Shown piece by piece: positions 49,470 through 62,700 of a stretch of DNA of 64,000 nucleotides (position 1 is the first letter of the stretch; every line of letters starts with the position of its first letter). The notes beneath the pieces were generated by a model. It had not been told where the DNA came from. It did no database searches and was given only the letters and a program-made list of their open reading frames with translations. The stretch lies in contig NC_058368.1 in assembly GCF_018350175.1 (NCBI RefSeq), positions 81,098,001-81,162,000 on the forward strand. Reading direction: 5' to 3'. The translations under genes and the position numbers were made by a program. This DNA is from Felis catus (Eukaryota).

Positions 49470-49697
49470 CAGCGCTGTCCGATGTGGTAGCTTTTAAAAT
49501 TAAAATTTGTGCTTTTAAAATTAAAATTTGAATTTAAGTTATTCAAAATCAACTAAAATTTAGCCCATGGTTCTTCATTCACACCAGCCGCATTTCACAC
49601 ACTCAACAGCCTTGCCTGCTGGCGGCCAGCACGTGGCAGTGTGTGGCTCCGGGCTAATGGTCATGCCACCATCACAGAAAGCTCTGTTGACGGGGCC
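49470..49697. mobile_element. MER3-like hAT-Charlie MITE
   Basis: CAGCGCTGTCCGAT start; CACACCAGCCGCATTTCA…CTCAACAGCC; CCATCACAGAAAGCTCTGTTGAC near end. Confidence 0.7.
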
Positions 49698-50304
49698 ACC
49701 ATGCACCCCGTGTTTCTAATTGCCATTCAGCACCAAGGTAAGGATCTGCTCCAGATCTCTCTTTCTTTAGCCTTTGTGATAAGGAGCACCCAGCCCCATC
49801 AAACAAAGGGGGTAGTTTTTGCAATTGTAAAAATTTTGTCACTTTGGATGCCTTGAGAGAGAACAATCAGATTTCACATGGAAACATTTTCAAACTTGGC
49901 CTTAGAAAGTGCTCTGACTTTGAGAGCCCACGAACGGTTCAGAGGTCCCCAAGACCCTTCAGCCATGTTCTGGTCTGAAAAGAAGCTCCACGGGGCGTCT
50001 GTGGGGCAAGGACGTGCACAGGGCGGATCCCGGCACCACGAGGGGAGGGTCCACCTCCGTCTCTAGCTCTGGCACGACAGCCGGCTGAGAACCAAACCCC
50101 TTGTCCTTCGGTGAGTCGGAGCCCCGTGGGCCGCCCAGAGGCTCCTGCGGGTCGTAGGTGATGTGTGAGTGACAGGATGGGATGGCAGAGAGTCCAAGGT
50201 GGGACCAGCAATGTTTTTTTCATTACGAGGTGTTCCACCAGTTCCCTTCTTTTAGGACACAGCAGGACCAGAACGAACATGTTGGCCTGGAATGGACGGT
50301 GTGT

Positions 50305-50740
50305 GAGCGTGTCCCCCGCTTACCCAGGGTTTCACTTTCCGTGGTCTCAGTTACCCAGGGTCAACCCTGGACCGGGGGGCAGATGCCCCTCCTTCTGATG
50401 TAGCGTCAGAAGGTCACGTGCTGTGTCATGTGCCGCCTCCCTGCCTCCCTGCATGTTACCACGTGGGCATTTGGTCATCTCACATCGCGAGGAGGGTAAG
50501 GACAGGGCGGTATTTTGAGAGAGAGACCACACTCATGCGACTTAGAGTATATTGTTGCAAGTGCTCTGTTCTTAGCTACTGTCATTAGTCTCTTACTGTG
50601 CCTAATTTATGAATTAAAGTTCATCATAAATGTGCGTATTTCAGGACGAAACGTAGTGTATATCGGGTTCAGTACCACGTGTGTTTTCAGGCGTCCCTGG
50701 GAGTCTCAGAACTGCCCCTGCACGGAGGGGGAGGCTGTGT
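50305..50740 (+). mobile_element. Tigger2-type non-autonomous DNA transposon
   Basis: GGTTTCACTTTCCGTGGTCTCAGTTACCCAGGGTCAACC…TATTTTGAGAGAGAGACCACA…CTCTTACTGTGCCTAATTTAT…GGGTTCAGTAC. Confidence 0.85.
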
Positions 50741-50747
50741 CACGTCG

Positions 50748-51200
50748 TGTAAGTTTCAGCTGTGCAGGGTGTTGATGCAATACACTTGTATGTTGCAGTA
50801 TGACCAGCCCCGTGGCGTTACCTGACCTCTATCGTGTGGCATAATTGTCATTTGTTTTTATGGTGAGAAAATTTGAGATCTAGTCTCTTAGCAACTTCCA
50901 AGGTCACAGTATTGTTGATCGTAATCTCCTTGCTGTGCACTGTGTCTCTAGACTTACTCATCCGCTACCTGCACCTCCGTGCCTCTGACCAGCGTCTACC
51001 CATCTCCCCACCTTGCACCCCAGTAGCCACTGGTCAGCTCTCCTTCTGTGAGCTCAGCTTGTTTAGATCACACGGATGAGTGCGTTCGCACAGTTTGTCT
51101 TTCTTTACTTTCCTCACTCAGCGTGAGATCCTCAAGGTCTGGCCGTGTTGTCACCAATGGCAAGGTTTCCTTTCTCCCCACGGCTGAGTAATATTCCTCT
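50748..51200 (-). mobile_element. L1MA9-like 3' end
   Basis: TTTATGGTGAGAAAATTTGAGATCTAGTCTCTTAGCAACTTCCAAG…GGCTGAGTAATATTCC. Confidence 0.75.
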
Positions 51201-52390
51201 TCTGGGTGTGTCTCCAAAGGAAATGGAAACAGGGTCTTGTCTGCACCCCCATGTTGGCCACAACGTTACTTGCAGATTGTGATGTGGACGTGAGCTCAGG
51301 GCCGTCCAGTGGATGGATGGGTAAAGATGGGCGTGTTTTAGGATCTTGGGTGAGGAACGAAGACCTCTTCCCGCCAACAGCTGCCCAGCCCTCTCATGGG
51401 CCTCGGAGCTTTGTTTAGCCCCACGGGCCTCCGAGCCGTTGGCCGGCAGCCCAGATGGCCCTCAGCGAGCTGACAGCGGAGTCGTTCTGCAGCATTGGTG
51501 AGACGTGCCCACTCTGGCCAGCAGCCCCAGCCCTGGGCTGGAGGGTTTCCTTCACTTCCCACGACGTCCTGGAGCCCCCCCCCCCCCCCCCGGGCAGCTT
51601 CCTTCCTGCTGGGGCAGTTCTGGTGGGGGGCAGTTCAGGGCCTCCATGAAGGCTCGAATCCTGGAGAATCCAGGAAACAGTCCTGGAAACCAGCCGTCAC
51701 CCTGCAGGGCGGGAGCGCGCGTCTTGGGGGTGGTGGCCCTGAAGCATAGCGTGTCCCCTGCGCGCGCGGGTCTGCGGGGGTGTGCCCCTCCCGTGCAGCT
51801 GCTGGCTGGTACCATTTCGCTCTTGCTTTGTTCCTCACAACCTCTTTGCACTGAACTCCAGATGCGAGTGAAACGGTCACAAAAGAAGTATCTGGGTTAA
51901 ATGCGTGCTAAACAGGTTTAAAATTACTGCTTATTGTTTGGAAGCAGATGCAAACCTCAAACAAATGCAAAACATCACGGCAGATGCAAAAGGGAGGGCG
52001 ATTTGAAAATCGGATCCCAAGTGCTTGATTCTGCAGGGGGCAGAGTAGCCGCCTCCCCCCCCCCCCCCCCCGGCCCTGCGTGCGTGGGGCTGCGGGGCCG
52101 CGGGCCAGGTGCGCGCTCTGAGAGCCCGTCCGCCCTGCGCGGCAGGGGCCTGTACGGTCCTCTAATTTCTTAGGCAGCGTCCTTTGTATTTCTCCTATCT
52201 TGGCAGCGCCCCTTAAAATGAGCCTCAAGCTCACTCCTGCTATTTATTTTCAGTAACTTTCTGAAGCTGCCCTGGGGCCTTTTCTCATCTTCGCACACCA
52301 GAGCTCCCTGCTCTGACCCCCAATAGCCAAACTCCCCCCTGCGGTAGCACGGCACATGTCTGTGCTTTGTTTTCTCCCTTGGTACATTTT

Positions 52391-52603
52391 TTAAGCTTAT
52401 TTATTTATTTTGAAAAAGAGGGAGAGAGAGAGAGAGAGAGAGAGCAGGGGAGGGGCAGAGAGAGAGAGACAGAGAATCCCAAGCAGGCTTTGGGTTGTCA
52501 GCACAGAGCCTGACACAGGGCTCGAATCCACAAACCCTGAGATCATGACCTGAGCCATAATCAAGAGTCAGATGTCTAACACACCGAGCACCCCAGGCGC
52601 CTC
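52391..52603 (-). mobile_element. CAN-SINE
   Basis: Antisense SINEC; TSD CTCCCTTGGT(A/G)CATTTT at 52374-52390 and 52604-52620. Confidence 0.95.
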
Positions 52604-52947
52604 CTCCCTTGGTGCATTTTGCACAGTGTGTTTTGCAGGTTGCTAACAAGGCTCACGATCACACAATCCAGCCCTCAAGCCTAGCTTTACACACAACGTG
52701 TTTGACTCGGGACCCGTGTGCTGTGATGAGAACGTTGCCCACAGAACCTGGATCTATAGTCATAAAGTATTCCCGAAAAGTCTTCCGTTTTATTGCAGCA
52801 CTGCTGGAGAAGGTTCTAGCGCTTCTTAATCGGTGGCAGGCATCTTAATAAGCCCCTGAGTCATCCCTCTGTGGGGTGGACACTCTTCATGCAGACTGGC
52901 TAAGACTCCAGGGCCCCAGATAGGATGCAGTGTGCCCAGGGTGCCCA

Positions 52948-53139
52948 CCCTCCCTTCCTTCCTCCCTCCCTTCCTGCCTTCCTGCCTTCCTCCCTCCCTC
53001 CCTCCCTCCCTTCCTTCCTTCCTTCCTGCCTGCCTGCCTTCCTCCCTTCCTTCCTTTCTTCCTTCCTTCTTTTTCTTTTCTTTTCTTTTCTTTTCTTTTC
53101 TTTTCTTTTCTTTTCTTTTCTTTTCTTTTCTTTTCTTTT
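52948..53139. repeat. Compound (CCTT/CCTG/CCCT)n plus (TTTTC)n tract
   Basis: Directly visible. Confidence 0.97.
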
Positions 53140-53269
53140 ATAGGTTAATTCCATTTTCAATTTCCCAAATAGTCACACAGGGCCTGGTGATTATCCACCA
53201 CCAGTCGGGGATCATGTGTCTCCTTAGAACTGGAAGTTTAACAGGTACATTAAAAATATGGCTACTATT

Positions 53270-53492
53270 GGGGCGCCTGGGTGGCGCAGTCGGTTGGGCG
53301 TCCGACTTCAGCCAGGTCACGATCTCGCGGTCCGTGAGTTCGAGCCCTGCGTCAGGCTCTGGGCTGATGGCTCAGAGCCTGGAGCCTGTTTCCGATTCTG
53401 TGTCTCCCTCTCTCTCTGCCCCTCCCCCGTTCATGCTCTGTCTCTCTCTGTCCCAAAAATAAATAAACGTTCAAAAAAAAAGAAAATTTTAA
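53270..53492 (+). mobile_element. Young CAN-SINE (SINEC_Fc-like)
   Basis: CpG-rich intact body with GCGCAGTCGG, CAGCCAGGTCACG and GGGCTGATGG variants; perfect 17-bp TSD AAAAATATGGCTACTAT at 53252-53268 and 53493-53509. Confidence 0.97.
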
Positions 53493-56400
53493 AAAAATAT
53501 GGCTACTATCGCCGAATTAACCGTTGAACATTTTTAACAACTTTGGAAGCATAACTGTCATCACAGAAGAGAATATCTGTGTCCTGATCTCAAAATTGAC
53601 ATTTTGTGCACTGACCTGTCCTTACTACAGAGGTCTTTTCCCTGGAGATACAGTCCCTCGAGTGAGGTCTTTTTGGAAGGCTGAACCCGCTAAATTCATC
53701 TAAAGACAGAAGGAAAAACTGCTTGTGTGTCCTTCACCCCGTTCAGCTACCGCTGGTCCCCTACCCCTCCCAGCTGCCTGACCAAGATCAGTATGTTGAA
53801 CATGAGTGGCCTCAACCTCCATCTCGTTGCTGGGCCCCCCATTCATCACTAACAGCACCCGCCCCCACTCTGTTCTTCCCCGACCCTGATGCGTTGCTAA
53901 ACTACAGCCTTAGAGCTCATGCTTTCTCGGCACTGCCGTGACCCAGGTGCTCACAAGACGTAGAGTTGATTTTGCATCTGGAAGGGAAGGCTCTCCCTGG
54001 AGCTGGCCCAGTCCCGTGAGCAGGCAGGTCCCTACCGCTGGGGGGTCTGCCCTGGCCACACAGAACGCCAGCGCTCGGGCCTCTCTGTGCAGACACCATG
54101 TTCTCAGAGGAGCTGGCCCAGAGCCCCGTGCAGGTGCCAGGCCAGGGTGGGGTGACGGCTGCAGTGAGCGGGGGCCACCGGGAGGCAGGAAGTGCACCTT
54201 CTCCTCGTGAAGTGCGCGATGGAGCAGGACACCTGGGGGTCCCCGCCTCAACGAAGAGAAGTTCCCAGAACAGGAAAGCTGTGCTGAATCCAGGGAATTT
54301 GGAAGATACGAGGCGTTCTCTATGGGGAGCCTCAAAAACGAGACTGTTTCTTTACACCTTGGATGTTTAAGATGTAAGGATGCCGGGAAAAAGACAACTT
54401 TTGGACTTAAAGCTGTTCTTTTATTCAGATGTGTGACGGTTAAGGACCACGTAGACCATAAGTGTCCCCAAATCAAGCCAGGTGGTCTACCAGCTGGCCG
54501 GGACTGCTGCTGGCAGCCCCTGGAGAGAAGATAGCGGGGAAGGGACCATTGCCGGAGCACCTGTGCCTCGGTTTCCTCTTGCGGCATTGAGAAGAGATGC
54601 TCCCTGTGTTTGCCTCACCTCCCGGAGCTGGGCAGCCCTTGGGGATTCCCTAGAGAAAGTTCTTGCTGTGTGTGCCACATCGCAGTCTAAGCACTGCAAG
54701 GAAAACCGTTTCCAGCATAGTTTCTGTAGTGATAAAATTACTATTTTTACAACTGCTCACTGAACCCCAGGGCGCGAAGACCTTGCCACAGGGCACCATT
54801 TTGTACCCCGTTAAAGTCGAAAGGTGTCTTTCTGCACCTTCCCTGGTGTCTTCGCTGGGAGAAAACTGGAGCCAGGTTAGATTGGTTAAATTCATAAGGC
54901 TGTGTTCTGTGTGCACAATACACAGCAGAAAATTGAAACAGAGGATTCCTGGAGGAGGCGCATTGTAGCAAGCTATGTAGCCGGCATTATTCGTCCTTTA
55001 TTAAGTCCAGACGCGATGAGAGCCCGCTCCTCCTGGGGTGTGGACAAGTGGATGTCTAGAACCCTCACAGACAGCAATTCTCTTTATAAATAGCCGGGCT
55101 GTTGGGCCCCAGCCCCCAGACAGCACTCGAGTGCCCACAAATGTCGTGCACAATGCAGCCAGGTGTGAGTCACACACGGGTTGGGGAGGGGCTGGGATGC
55201 AGAGCGGCGGTCTTCAATGGCAGCCCCACCTGAAAGCGTGTTTGCAAAAGCATCTTCAGTTCCAGACTCCACTTTCCATTAGCACAGAGCAGCTGGAGCC
55301 CAGACACGCGGGTGCTGCCCGCGGCCCAGTGATGTTGCCGAGTGGGAAGCTTTCTGGGAATCAGGAGGGGCCGGGCCTCCTCCTGACATTCAGGACGCGC
55401 CATGCAGAGTGCCCAGGAGATTTAAACCCCTCGCAGGGCGAGAGGGTCCTCTGTGCATCCCCCTGCTTAGATTATCAACAGCTTCCGCCATGGTGATTAC
55501 CTGCTTCTTGAGACGGGCTCGCTCTTCCTCCTCAGGGAGCCTTGTGGAGGACACGGCTTCTCAGTGGGGAAGGGATGTCAGGGGCCTGGGGGTTAGTGCC
55601 GAGAGGAGAGATGTCTGCCTCCAGCCAGGGGTGTCCTAAATGAGAGACAGAATGACACATACCCCCTAAAAAATACATACGTGATGGTCTAAGAAGGGCA
55701 TCGATAAGTGGCTTCATGGTCACAGAAATCACCCCCAAGCTTCAGGCTCCTCATCTGGAACATGGACATAAATGCTTATGCTCTCCGGGGGTTCTGTGAC
55801 TCTAACTCGAGCCACAGTTGGTCAGAGGAGTCTGCGTTGAGCAGCTACCTCCCCTCTGTCCCTATAGTAGACACTCAGCCTCCAACATGGCGGCTATGGG
55901 GTTGTTGCTCAACTGTGGTTAAAATTTGGGAGCCGAGAGGGGCAGGAGAGGCCCCCATGGGGGGGGAGGGTTCCCGGCCTGGGTGGCCCTGCCCTACAGG
56001 GGACACTTGGGATGGGGGTGGCCTCGGGGCTCCCCTGGCAGGCAGCAGTGGAAACAAGGATGCTCAGGGGTCCCATCCAGGGTCAGTCCTTACAGACGAG
56101 AAACTGAGCCTTAGGAAAGCAAAGACTCCCGGATTGTTTCCAGGAACAGCTGTGGGGCGGGAAGGCTGGGGACAGAGCAGGGACTAACTTTGTCTGGGTG
56201 CCTGCATGAGGCAGGGCCTGGGACCGACCCCTCCCCATCAAGAGCCTATGAGGTGGCTCTTGCTGTCCCCATGTCAATTATGGGAAGCCGAGGTGGGAAG
56301 AGGTAGTGAACCGTGCAATGTCACACAAGTAGGAAGGGCAGGATGTGGGTCTGAACCAGTGTTGGTTAACTCCGAAACACCTGATCCTTCCACCAAGAAA

Positions 56401-56689
56401 GGGCAAGCGTCGAGGGGGGCTTTGCCCACCCCACGATTGTGCTCAGGGCCCAGGCTTGCTTTTAAACTAAGATAGCCTTTTCCTACATCCACCAAGAGGA
56501 CTGAGAAGATGGTGATAAAGTGTATGTTCAGGCATGTTCAGGAAAGGCTGCATAGTATACTGCCTGACAGATTTAAAAAAAAAAAAAAGGAATCCATAAG
56601 GCACTGAGTTGTCCACAGTAAGGACTTTCTTTAATTCAACATTTTCACCCACTTGGTTACTAGTGACAAGCGATGGAAGGAAACTGGGT

Positions 56690-56998
56690 GCCCCCTTCTC
56701 CAGGTAGAGTTGATTTAGCTGCGAGTAACAGCAAGTCTGAACATAAGAGCACACGTTAAAAAGGCTCTGTTTTTCTCACGTCTCCCAAAGTCATGAGGTT
56801 GCGGCTCTGACATTGGTCTGACAGCTCAACAATAATGAGGACCACCGTGTGCAATTCTCTTGAGCCTTCTTCGTGGCACAGAATGGCTGCTGCATCACTG
56901 CCAGCTCCATGTTGTCCGTTTTCAAGGTGGGAAAGAGGAAGCGTGGCCAGTGGAGAAGGAAGATGAGGCCGTGGTGCCGGCAACTTTGTACGTCATAC
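56690..56998 (-). mobile_element. Old MaLR LTR (MLT1J/K-like) fragment
   Basis: TTTTTCTCACG…CAGCTCAACAAT…AGAATGGCTGCTGCA…TTCAAGGTGGGAAAGAGG. Confidence 0.55.
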
Positions 56999-57014
56999 AA
57001 GACACGGCGTCCCT

Positions 57015-57231
57015 GGGGCGCCTGGGTGGCTCCGTCGGTTGAGCGTCCGACTTCGGCTCAGGTCATGATCTCGCGATTTGTGAGTTCGGGCCCCTTGTCA
57101 GGCTCTGTGCTGACAGCTCAGAGCCTGCAGCCTGCTTCCAATTCTGTGTCTCCCTCTCTCTCTGCCCCTCCCCTGCTCATATTCTGCCTCTCTCTGTCTC
57201 TCAAAATTAAATAAATGTTAAAAAAAAAAAA
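57015..57231 (+). mobile_element. CAN-SINE
   Basis: Full length; TSD AAGACACGGC(G/A)TCCCT at 56999-57014 and 57232-57247. Confidence 0.97.
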
Positions 57232-58589
57232 AAGACACGGCATCCCTCGGCAGCAGTGGGGCTGGCAAATTTGAGTGTTTGCTTTTCCAGTGTTTATAGC
57301 AGAGAAAGGCAGGAGTGAGAAGGTTTGCGCCCTGGGTGAGCCAGCCTACGTGAAAGGGTGAGCCAGGTGCGACTGGAGGTGTTGGGGTACACGGTTACAA
57401 CCACACCAGTCTGTCTCCTAATGAGATCAATAGTAGAGTTCGATGTCTGTGTATTTTTATTTGTAGGGTTTACCTTATTGTATATTCAGATGTGACATGA
57501 CCACGACATACGCACTGGTATCATTTGTATTTCTAAGGGATCACAGAACACGCTTGGAAGCAGGTGGAACGAGTAATACCACGGACACTTCGCTTACCCT
57601 GTTGCAGGGGTGGGGTGCTCAGCATGTCTTGTCAAGAAGTGGGGCTCCCCCGGAGGGATTGCCCCTCAGCTTTGGTGTAAATCTAAAAAAGGCCCTGGGT
57701 CCACGTCTTTCCTGGGCCTTTCTCACAGCTTGTGCCAGTTAGACACAGGACGGTGCCATCCACGATCTTGTGTGGCTGGGAGGAAGGTGCCCTGGCAGCC
57801 CCAGAGAGACAGACAGGGGCCTATATAAAGTGGGTCCGTGACTGCAAGTGTGGACAACATAGAGGCTAGCCTAGGACCTCATTCAGCAGCTGCCCCCAGG
57901 TGCCATGGGCACCTAGCAGGGGCTGAGGGCACAGTATGGTTTGGACCCAGAGGAGACCCCACTGTCCTTCTGGGGGCCCATGGTGCCAATGCAAAGTGGG
58001 ACCTCAGTCCCACAGAGGCTGCTACATGGCCTCAGGGCTGCTCAGCCACTAAAGCCAGTGGACAGCCCCCCCCCCCAATACCCTGTCAGAGGGCAAAGAA
58101 TCTGCCAGACTGCCCCCTACCTCCCCTCCCCACCCTCTCCTCCTGTGTCCCTCCCCAGCTGCCCATGGGTGACAAGGCCTTGTGGGTCCCTGGAGATTAG
58201 AAGTCAAACAGAAGGAGGGAAGGCGAGAGGTTCTGAGCCAAGGATGCACTTGACTGAATGTTGATGTGGTTTTGAACCACAAGGGACTGAAGAATCTGGG
58301 TGCCACAGCATCAATCTTCCACACCAAGCCTGAGGGTGAAATGCATCTTGCTACAAAATGTGACCTAGATATGCGTACATTTCTCCTTTGTGCCTAAGAA
58401 AATGGGTAGAAAAACAGCCTTCTTGGAGAAATCAGGATTCCCTTTGGAATCTGGACTTGTGCTCTGCCTATGTGCAGTTGAAGATGCCCCACTGGAAATT
58501 CCAGCAGGTGCATCACATGTATTCGAGGAATACAGTTTAGGGCTCAGGGGCAGCAGGCATAACTTGAGATGCCCCCTAGGGTGTCATCC

Positions 58590-58910
58590 ACGCGATGTTA
58601 GGTCCCAAGTCACCGACTCCGGGTTCCTCCCTCCATGCTGTATAGTCGCTCTGCAGAGACCAGCGTGCACGGAGCCGGGAGCAGCCCCTGGATGCAGGCC
58701 ATCCGTGAAGCCACCCCAAAGGTCTGCATCCAGGCAGCAGCCACACAGGTGAGCTTGGAAGCCGGTCCTGGGTGGCAGTTTCTCTCCGAGCCACAGGAGC
58801 CTGCTAGGGGCACCTTTATTGCAGAACCACAGAAACTGTATATAATACACACAGTTGGTTTTAGCCACTGTGTTTTGGGGTAATTTGTGACACGGTGATG
58901 GATAGTTGAT
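58590..58910 (+). mobile_element. MaLR LTR (MLT1G/H-like) 3' part
   Basis: TTGGTTTTAGCCACTGTGTTTTGGGGTAATTTGTGACAC typical of MLT1 3' ends. Confidence 0.6.
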
Positions 58911-61794
58911 ATGAGGCCCTGTGGGAAGAGCCTTGGGGTTTTGAGCCTGTGCTCATGTTAGCCCCTTGTGTGGACTGTGCATGCAGCAGACTTTTTCTAG
59001 TGAGTGGGCCACCAGTGTTCCCTCTTGGCCACTGGAGGAAGAACATGATTGTCTGAAAAGAGACTCTTGTTTCGGCTAAGAAAGAAACAGCTGTGAAATG
59101 TATCCAACAAGCTCGAGCCATAGCTCCCTGAACGCACAGGAGAATGTGTCCCATTCTTGCTTTTTGAGATCAAAAGACCAAGTGAAAACAGGGTCCCTTT
59201 GAGGTGGCATCTTGTTCTTATATGAGCCACCTGCTCCCCAGGGCCCCCAGCTCTTGGCCTACCCCCACCCCCAACTAAGACTGACCATCTGCGTAAGAAA
59301 GGATCCCCTCGGGGCAACTTTGGCCTGACATTCCCTGGTCCCCAAACCAGCCCTGCTCTGGCTTCTTTCTCAAAATGGTTGCAGATAAAAATGTTCTCAT
59401 CATGAATTTCATAACGTGTGTTTCCTTCAGTCAAGGATGCTAAGACCTCAGGTCACATGGCAGTGGGCTATGTGCAGGGGTGAACTTGGGCCCCCTTGGG
59501 CCTTACTGGTAAAAGGTTGACCATAGTTAGCACTACTGACCCCAGACCAAGGACAGCTGGGGACCCCTCTGTGCTTCTGAGTTGGGCGACTTGGTCTAAA
59601 CGTTCTTCACTGTTCCTTCTTCTGTCCCTGCACAGCACAGAGCCCATCCAGAAATGCTCAGGGAGCAGGTAGAGTTGGGTTAAGAACCTTTATTTGCAAG
59701 TAACACAACAATTCTGGTCAGTTTAAGTAAGAGAGAGCGTGTTTTAAGAACGTGCTGTTCCCTGAAGCCGAGTGCAGCAAGGGCCTAGGTCACACACGCT
59801 GTCACCACCAGGCAGCACCCTCCCCTCTGTCCACTTCTTCTCCTTTTCTCCTCCCCGGGCTCCCCCGCTGTGTGTCCTTTCCCATCACAGGCAGATACCG
59901 ATGGTCTCTTGGTGCTAACTCCAAACCCCAGACGGGAACTGGCATCTGGGGAACGTACCAGTGTTCATCACTGTTTTCCTCTGGCAAATCAGCTGTTTCC
60001 AGGGCTTGAAGTCACCTGGTACCACTTGGTGCCTGGGCTTTGTTTGCCCAAGACTTGGTGTAATTACAAAGACCTCGAGGGTCACGCCTGGCAATTTCTC
60101 TCTCTCCAAGTCTTCAGGAGCTGACTCTCCATGTCTTGAGAGTGATGGAGAAGAGTGGAAGTACCTTGAGAGAAAGCAAGAGCTGACCCAACAAGAAGAA
60201 TGGACTGACTTAGGCATCAGATTCTGTCCTCTGCCACCTAAACAACATTTTCCTGGTGTTTCATATGAGGATTCATTTATTGTCTTTATATGAAAAGCAG
60301 ACCTCGTTTGGAGCTGTGTCTTGTGCTATTTGCCAGAAGAACCAAGCAAATTCTTGGCACACAGGAATCCCTGCCTTTGCCCACGCTGGGCCCTGTGCGC
60401 GGCCCCACGCCCATCGTTCAGCAGGCCAGGCTCAGCAGCATCACCCCAGGGAGTTTTCTCCAGCAAACCCGAGGGGCTTGGTACCCGCTCCTGATTGAGA
60501 CCCTCATCGTTTACGCTTCACTGGGGTCTTTCTTAGCTTTCATGGACTATGTAAAAAAAATGGGACAGATGTAACAAAAATGGGATAAATATGAGCCAAA
60601 TTGACCTCAAGAGCTAACAAACTCTATTTTGGAGAAAAAAATGGGAAGTTAACATTCCTTGCTTCAGTCCGTGAAAACCCAACTGAAAGTACTGAGTGTT
60701 GAGAGAAAATTCACTATAAGGATGAGGTCTTTGGGGGGCTAATATGTTTAGAAGAGAATATATCCACATCTGTAAGACAGAAAAAATCTGGTAACATACT
60801 TCACAGCCCTAAACATATTAACATGTCACAGAAGTGAAGTCACTTGTCACAGTGAAGATTGGCATCATGTTGGCGGGGAAGAGCAGGGGCGCTGGCCGTG
60901 GTCCTGACGCTGGGCTGGCTCTGTTGCTCACGAGCTCCACAACTCCATCCCTTGTCACCTCACTCCCTCAGTGACCTGTGAGGTCCTCCCTGTGACCAAC
61001 TGACAGTGTTCATTTCAGCTCCCACCATCCCAGTGTAATGGTTCGGTGATTTGTGTGCCTTTTCCTGGGAGCCAGCTTTGGGAGGGAGTACGGAGCTGGA
61101 CTCTTTGTCCAGGGAATGTGGCCCTGCCCACAAGGACCCCTGTTAGGAGATGGGCTGGTACACCTGTATCTTCCACCTGTGTTGCATCCACACTTAGTTT
61201 GGTGAAGCCCTGACTCTACCAGCGGAAGATTCAGCTGCACCCATTTACTATCCGCACAGTGTTTCCTGTATCCCTCCCATGTCTTGCATCTTTAGGAGTG
61301 GGTGATTCCTGTGTGGCATTGAGACCGTCTCTCGAGTCATCCCACATGTGGTTTCCCTGAATACCTCCTTCCCTCATCACGTTCTAGACAGGATGGTTTA
61401 CTTTTCACTGGCTTGGAAATTTATTCCCTGGTTTAGAGGCAAACATAAATATGCCCTCCTATCCCAGGGAGTCCCCACACCTAACGGAACAAATCACAAG
61501 GTCACCCTGGGCACTGTGTCTGCCAGTGTCTTCACCTACTCTCCTACTCAAGGCCCCTGTGTCTTCTGGCACATGGGAAGCACTGGGCGTCCTGAGCCAT
61601 AGCTCATAAACCAGCTGGCGGTGATCAGACCGGAGCAGAAGGTGACGACCGAATCCTGCTTATTTCAGGAACATAAAAGGAGCAGAAGGGCTTTCCCCAT
61701 AGACTCCCCCTTGCTGTGGGCAGAGGAGAGGAGCAACCAGAGAGAGCCTTGGACTAGAAGGTAGAACACTGTCCCTGCAGACACCTGCCGAGTA

Positions 61795-62427
61795 CCTGCA
61801 GGCCCCATTGTTCACAGCAGTGACCTTTATAAAGTCACCATGAACTCTGAACTACCAAACGCTGAGCCATTGCTCTTGGGGAGATACAGGGTCAGGTTCC
61901 TGCAAGCCTCTGGTCACAACGTTTTCATTACTGATCAAAACACATAATGGTACTTAATGTGTCTCTATTGAAAGACACCTTACTTAACCTGTGCTGTTGA
62001 TTCATTAACATGGAACTTGTGCCACCAGCACTGTGTCTTGTGCCTGAAGGAAGTCCACCTAAGGCACACACAAGCCCTGGCTGTCTCGCACCCAGGGGCC
62101 ACAGACAGCATCTCGGCACCATGCTGAGGGTCCGCTTCAAACAGTGAAGTTGCCAACACAAAGCACAACCATTGGGAAACGTGGCACTGAAGACCGCAAA
62201 AAGGATGCTCACTCTGGATTGGGAGCTGAGAGAGGAAGTCAGGGCTCTGCCCGTTAGGCCTCAGCTGGGAACACGCACGTTAGGTGACTCAGATTTTCCA
62301 CCGGTCTGCACCTGTCAGTGGGTGACCACAAAAGCACGGTGATGAATGACTTCGGGCTTACAATAAATTTTAACAAGTAGGCAAATTTGCACACGCAGAA
62401 TCTGAATAATACTGAGGATTTGCTGTA
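61795..62427 (-). mobile_element. TcMar-Tigger non-autonomous element (MER82-like)
   Basis: GATACAGGGTCAGGTTCCTGCAAGCCTCTGGTCACAAC…TTGATTCATTAACAT…CCTCAGCTGGGAAC…CAATAAATTTTAACAAGTAGGCAAATTTGC…TGAGGATTTGCTG followed by TA. Confidence 0.8.
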
Positions 62428-62494
62428 TACAGTTCCTGGAGACAGAGAGAGCTCCCTACACAAAGATGAAGTCGAGCAGAATGTTTCAGAGACG

Positions 62495-62700
62495 AGGCTC
62501 TAATTCCAGCCCTGGCCCTGTCACTGCTGCTCTGTGACGTTGGGAGAGTTACTCAAACCCTCTGTGCACCAGTGGCATCATCTGTAAAATGGGATTCGTT
62601 CGTGTGGGTCTACAGCCCAGTGTTGCGGTGAGGTTGGGTGAGGCAGGTCTGGCCCGGCAACGCTTGCTTCAGTAGAGTGAGTTGCTGGGATTATTGTGGA
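62495..62700 (+). mobile_element. MIR
   Basis: CTGTGACGTTGGGAGAGTTACTCAAACCCTCTGTG…CATCTGTAAAATGGGA core. Confidence 0.75.

Noticed and set aside
49490..49530. 21-bp tandem duplication GCTTTTAAAATTAAAATTTG(T)
   Set aside because: Real, but inside a MER3-like fossil with low-complexity content; no sign of significance
57821..57831. TATA box (CTATATAAAG) as a promoter
   Set aside because: Isolated motif with no supported downstream exon or CpG island
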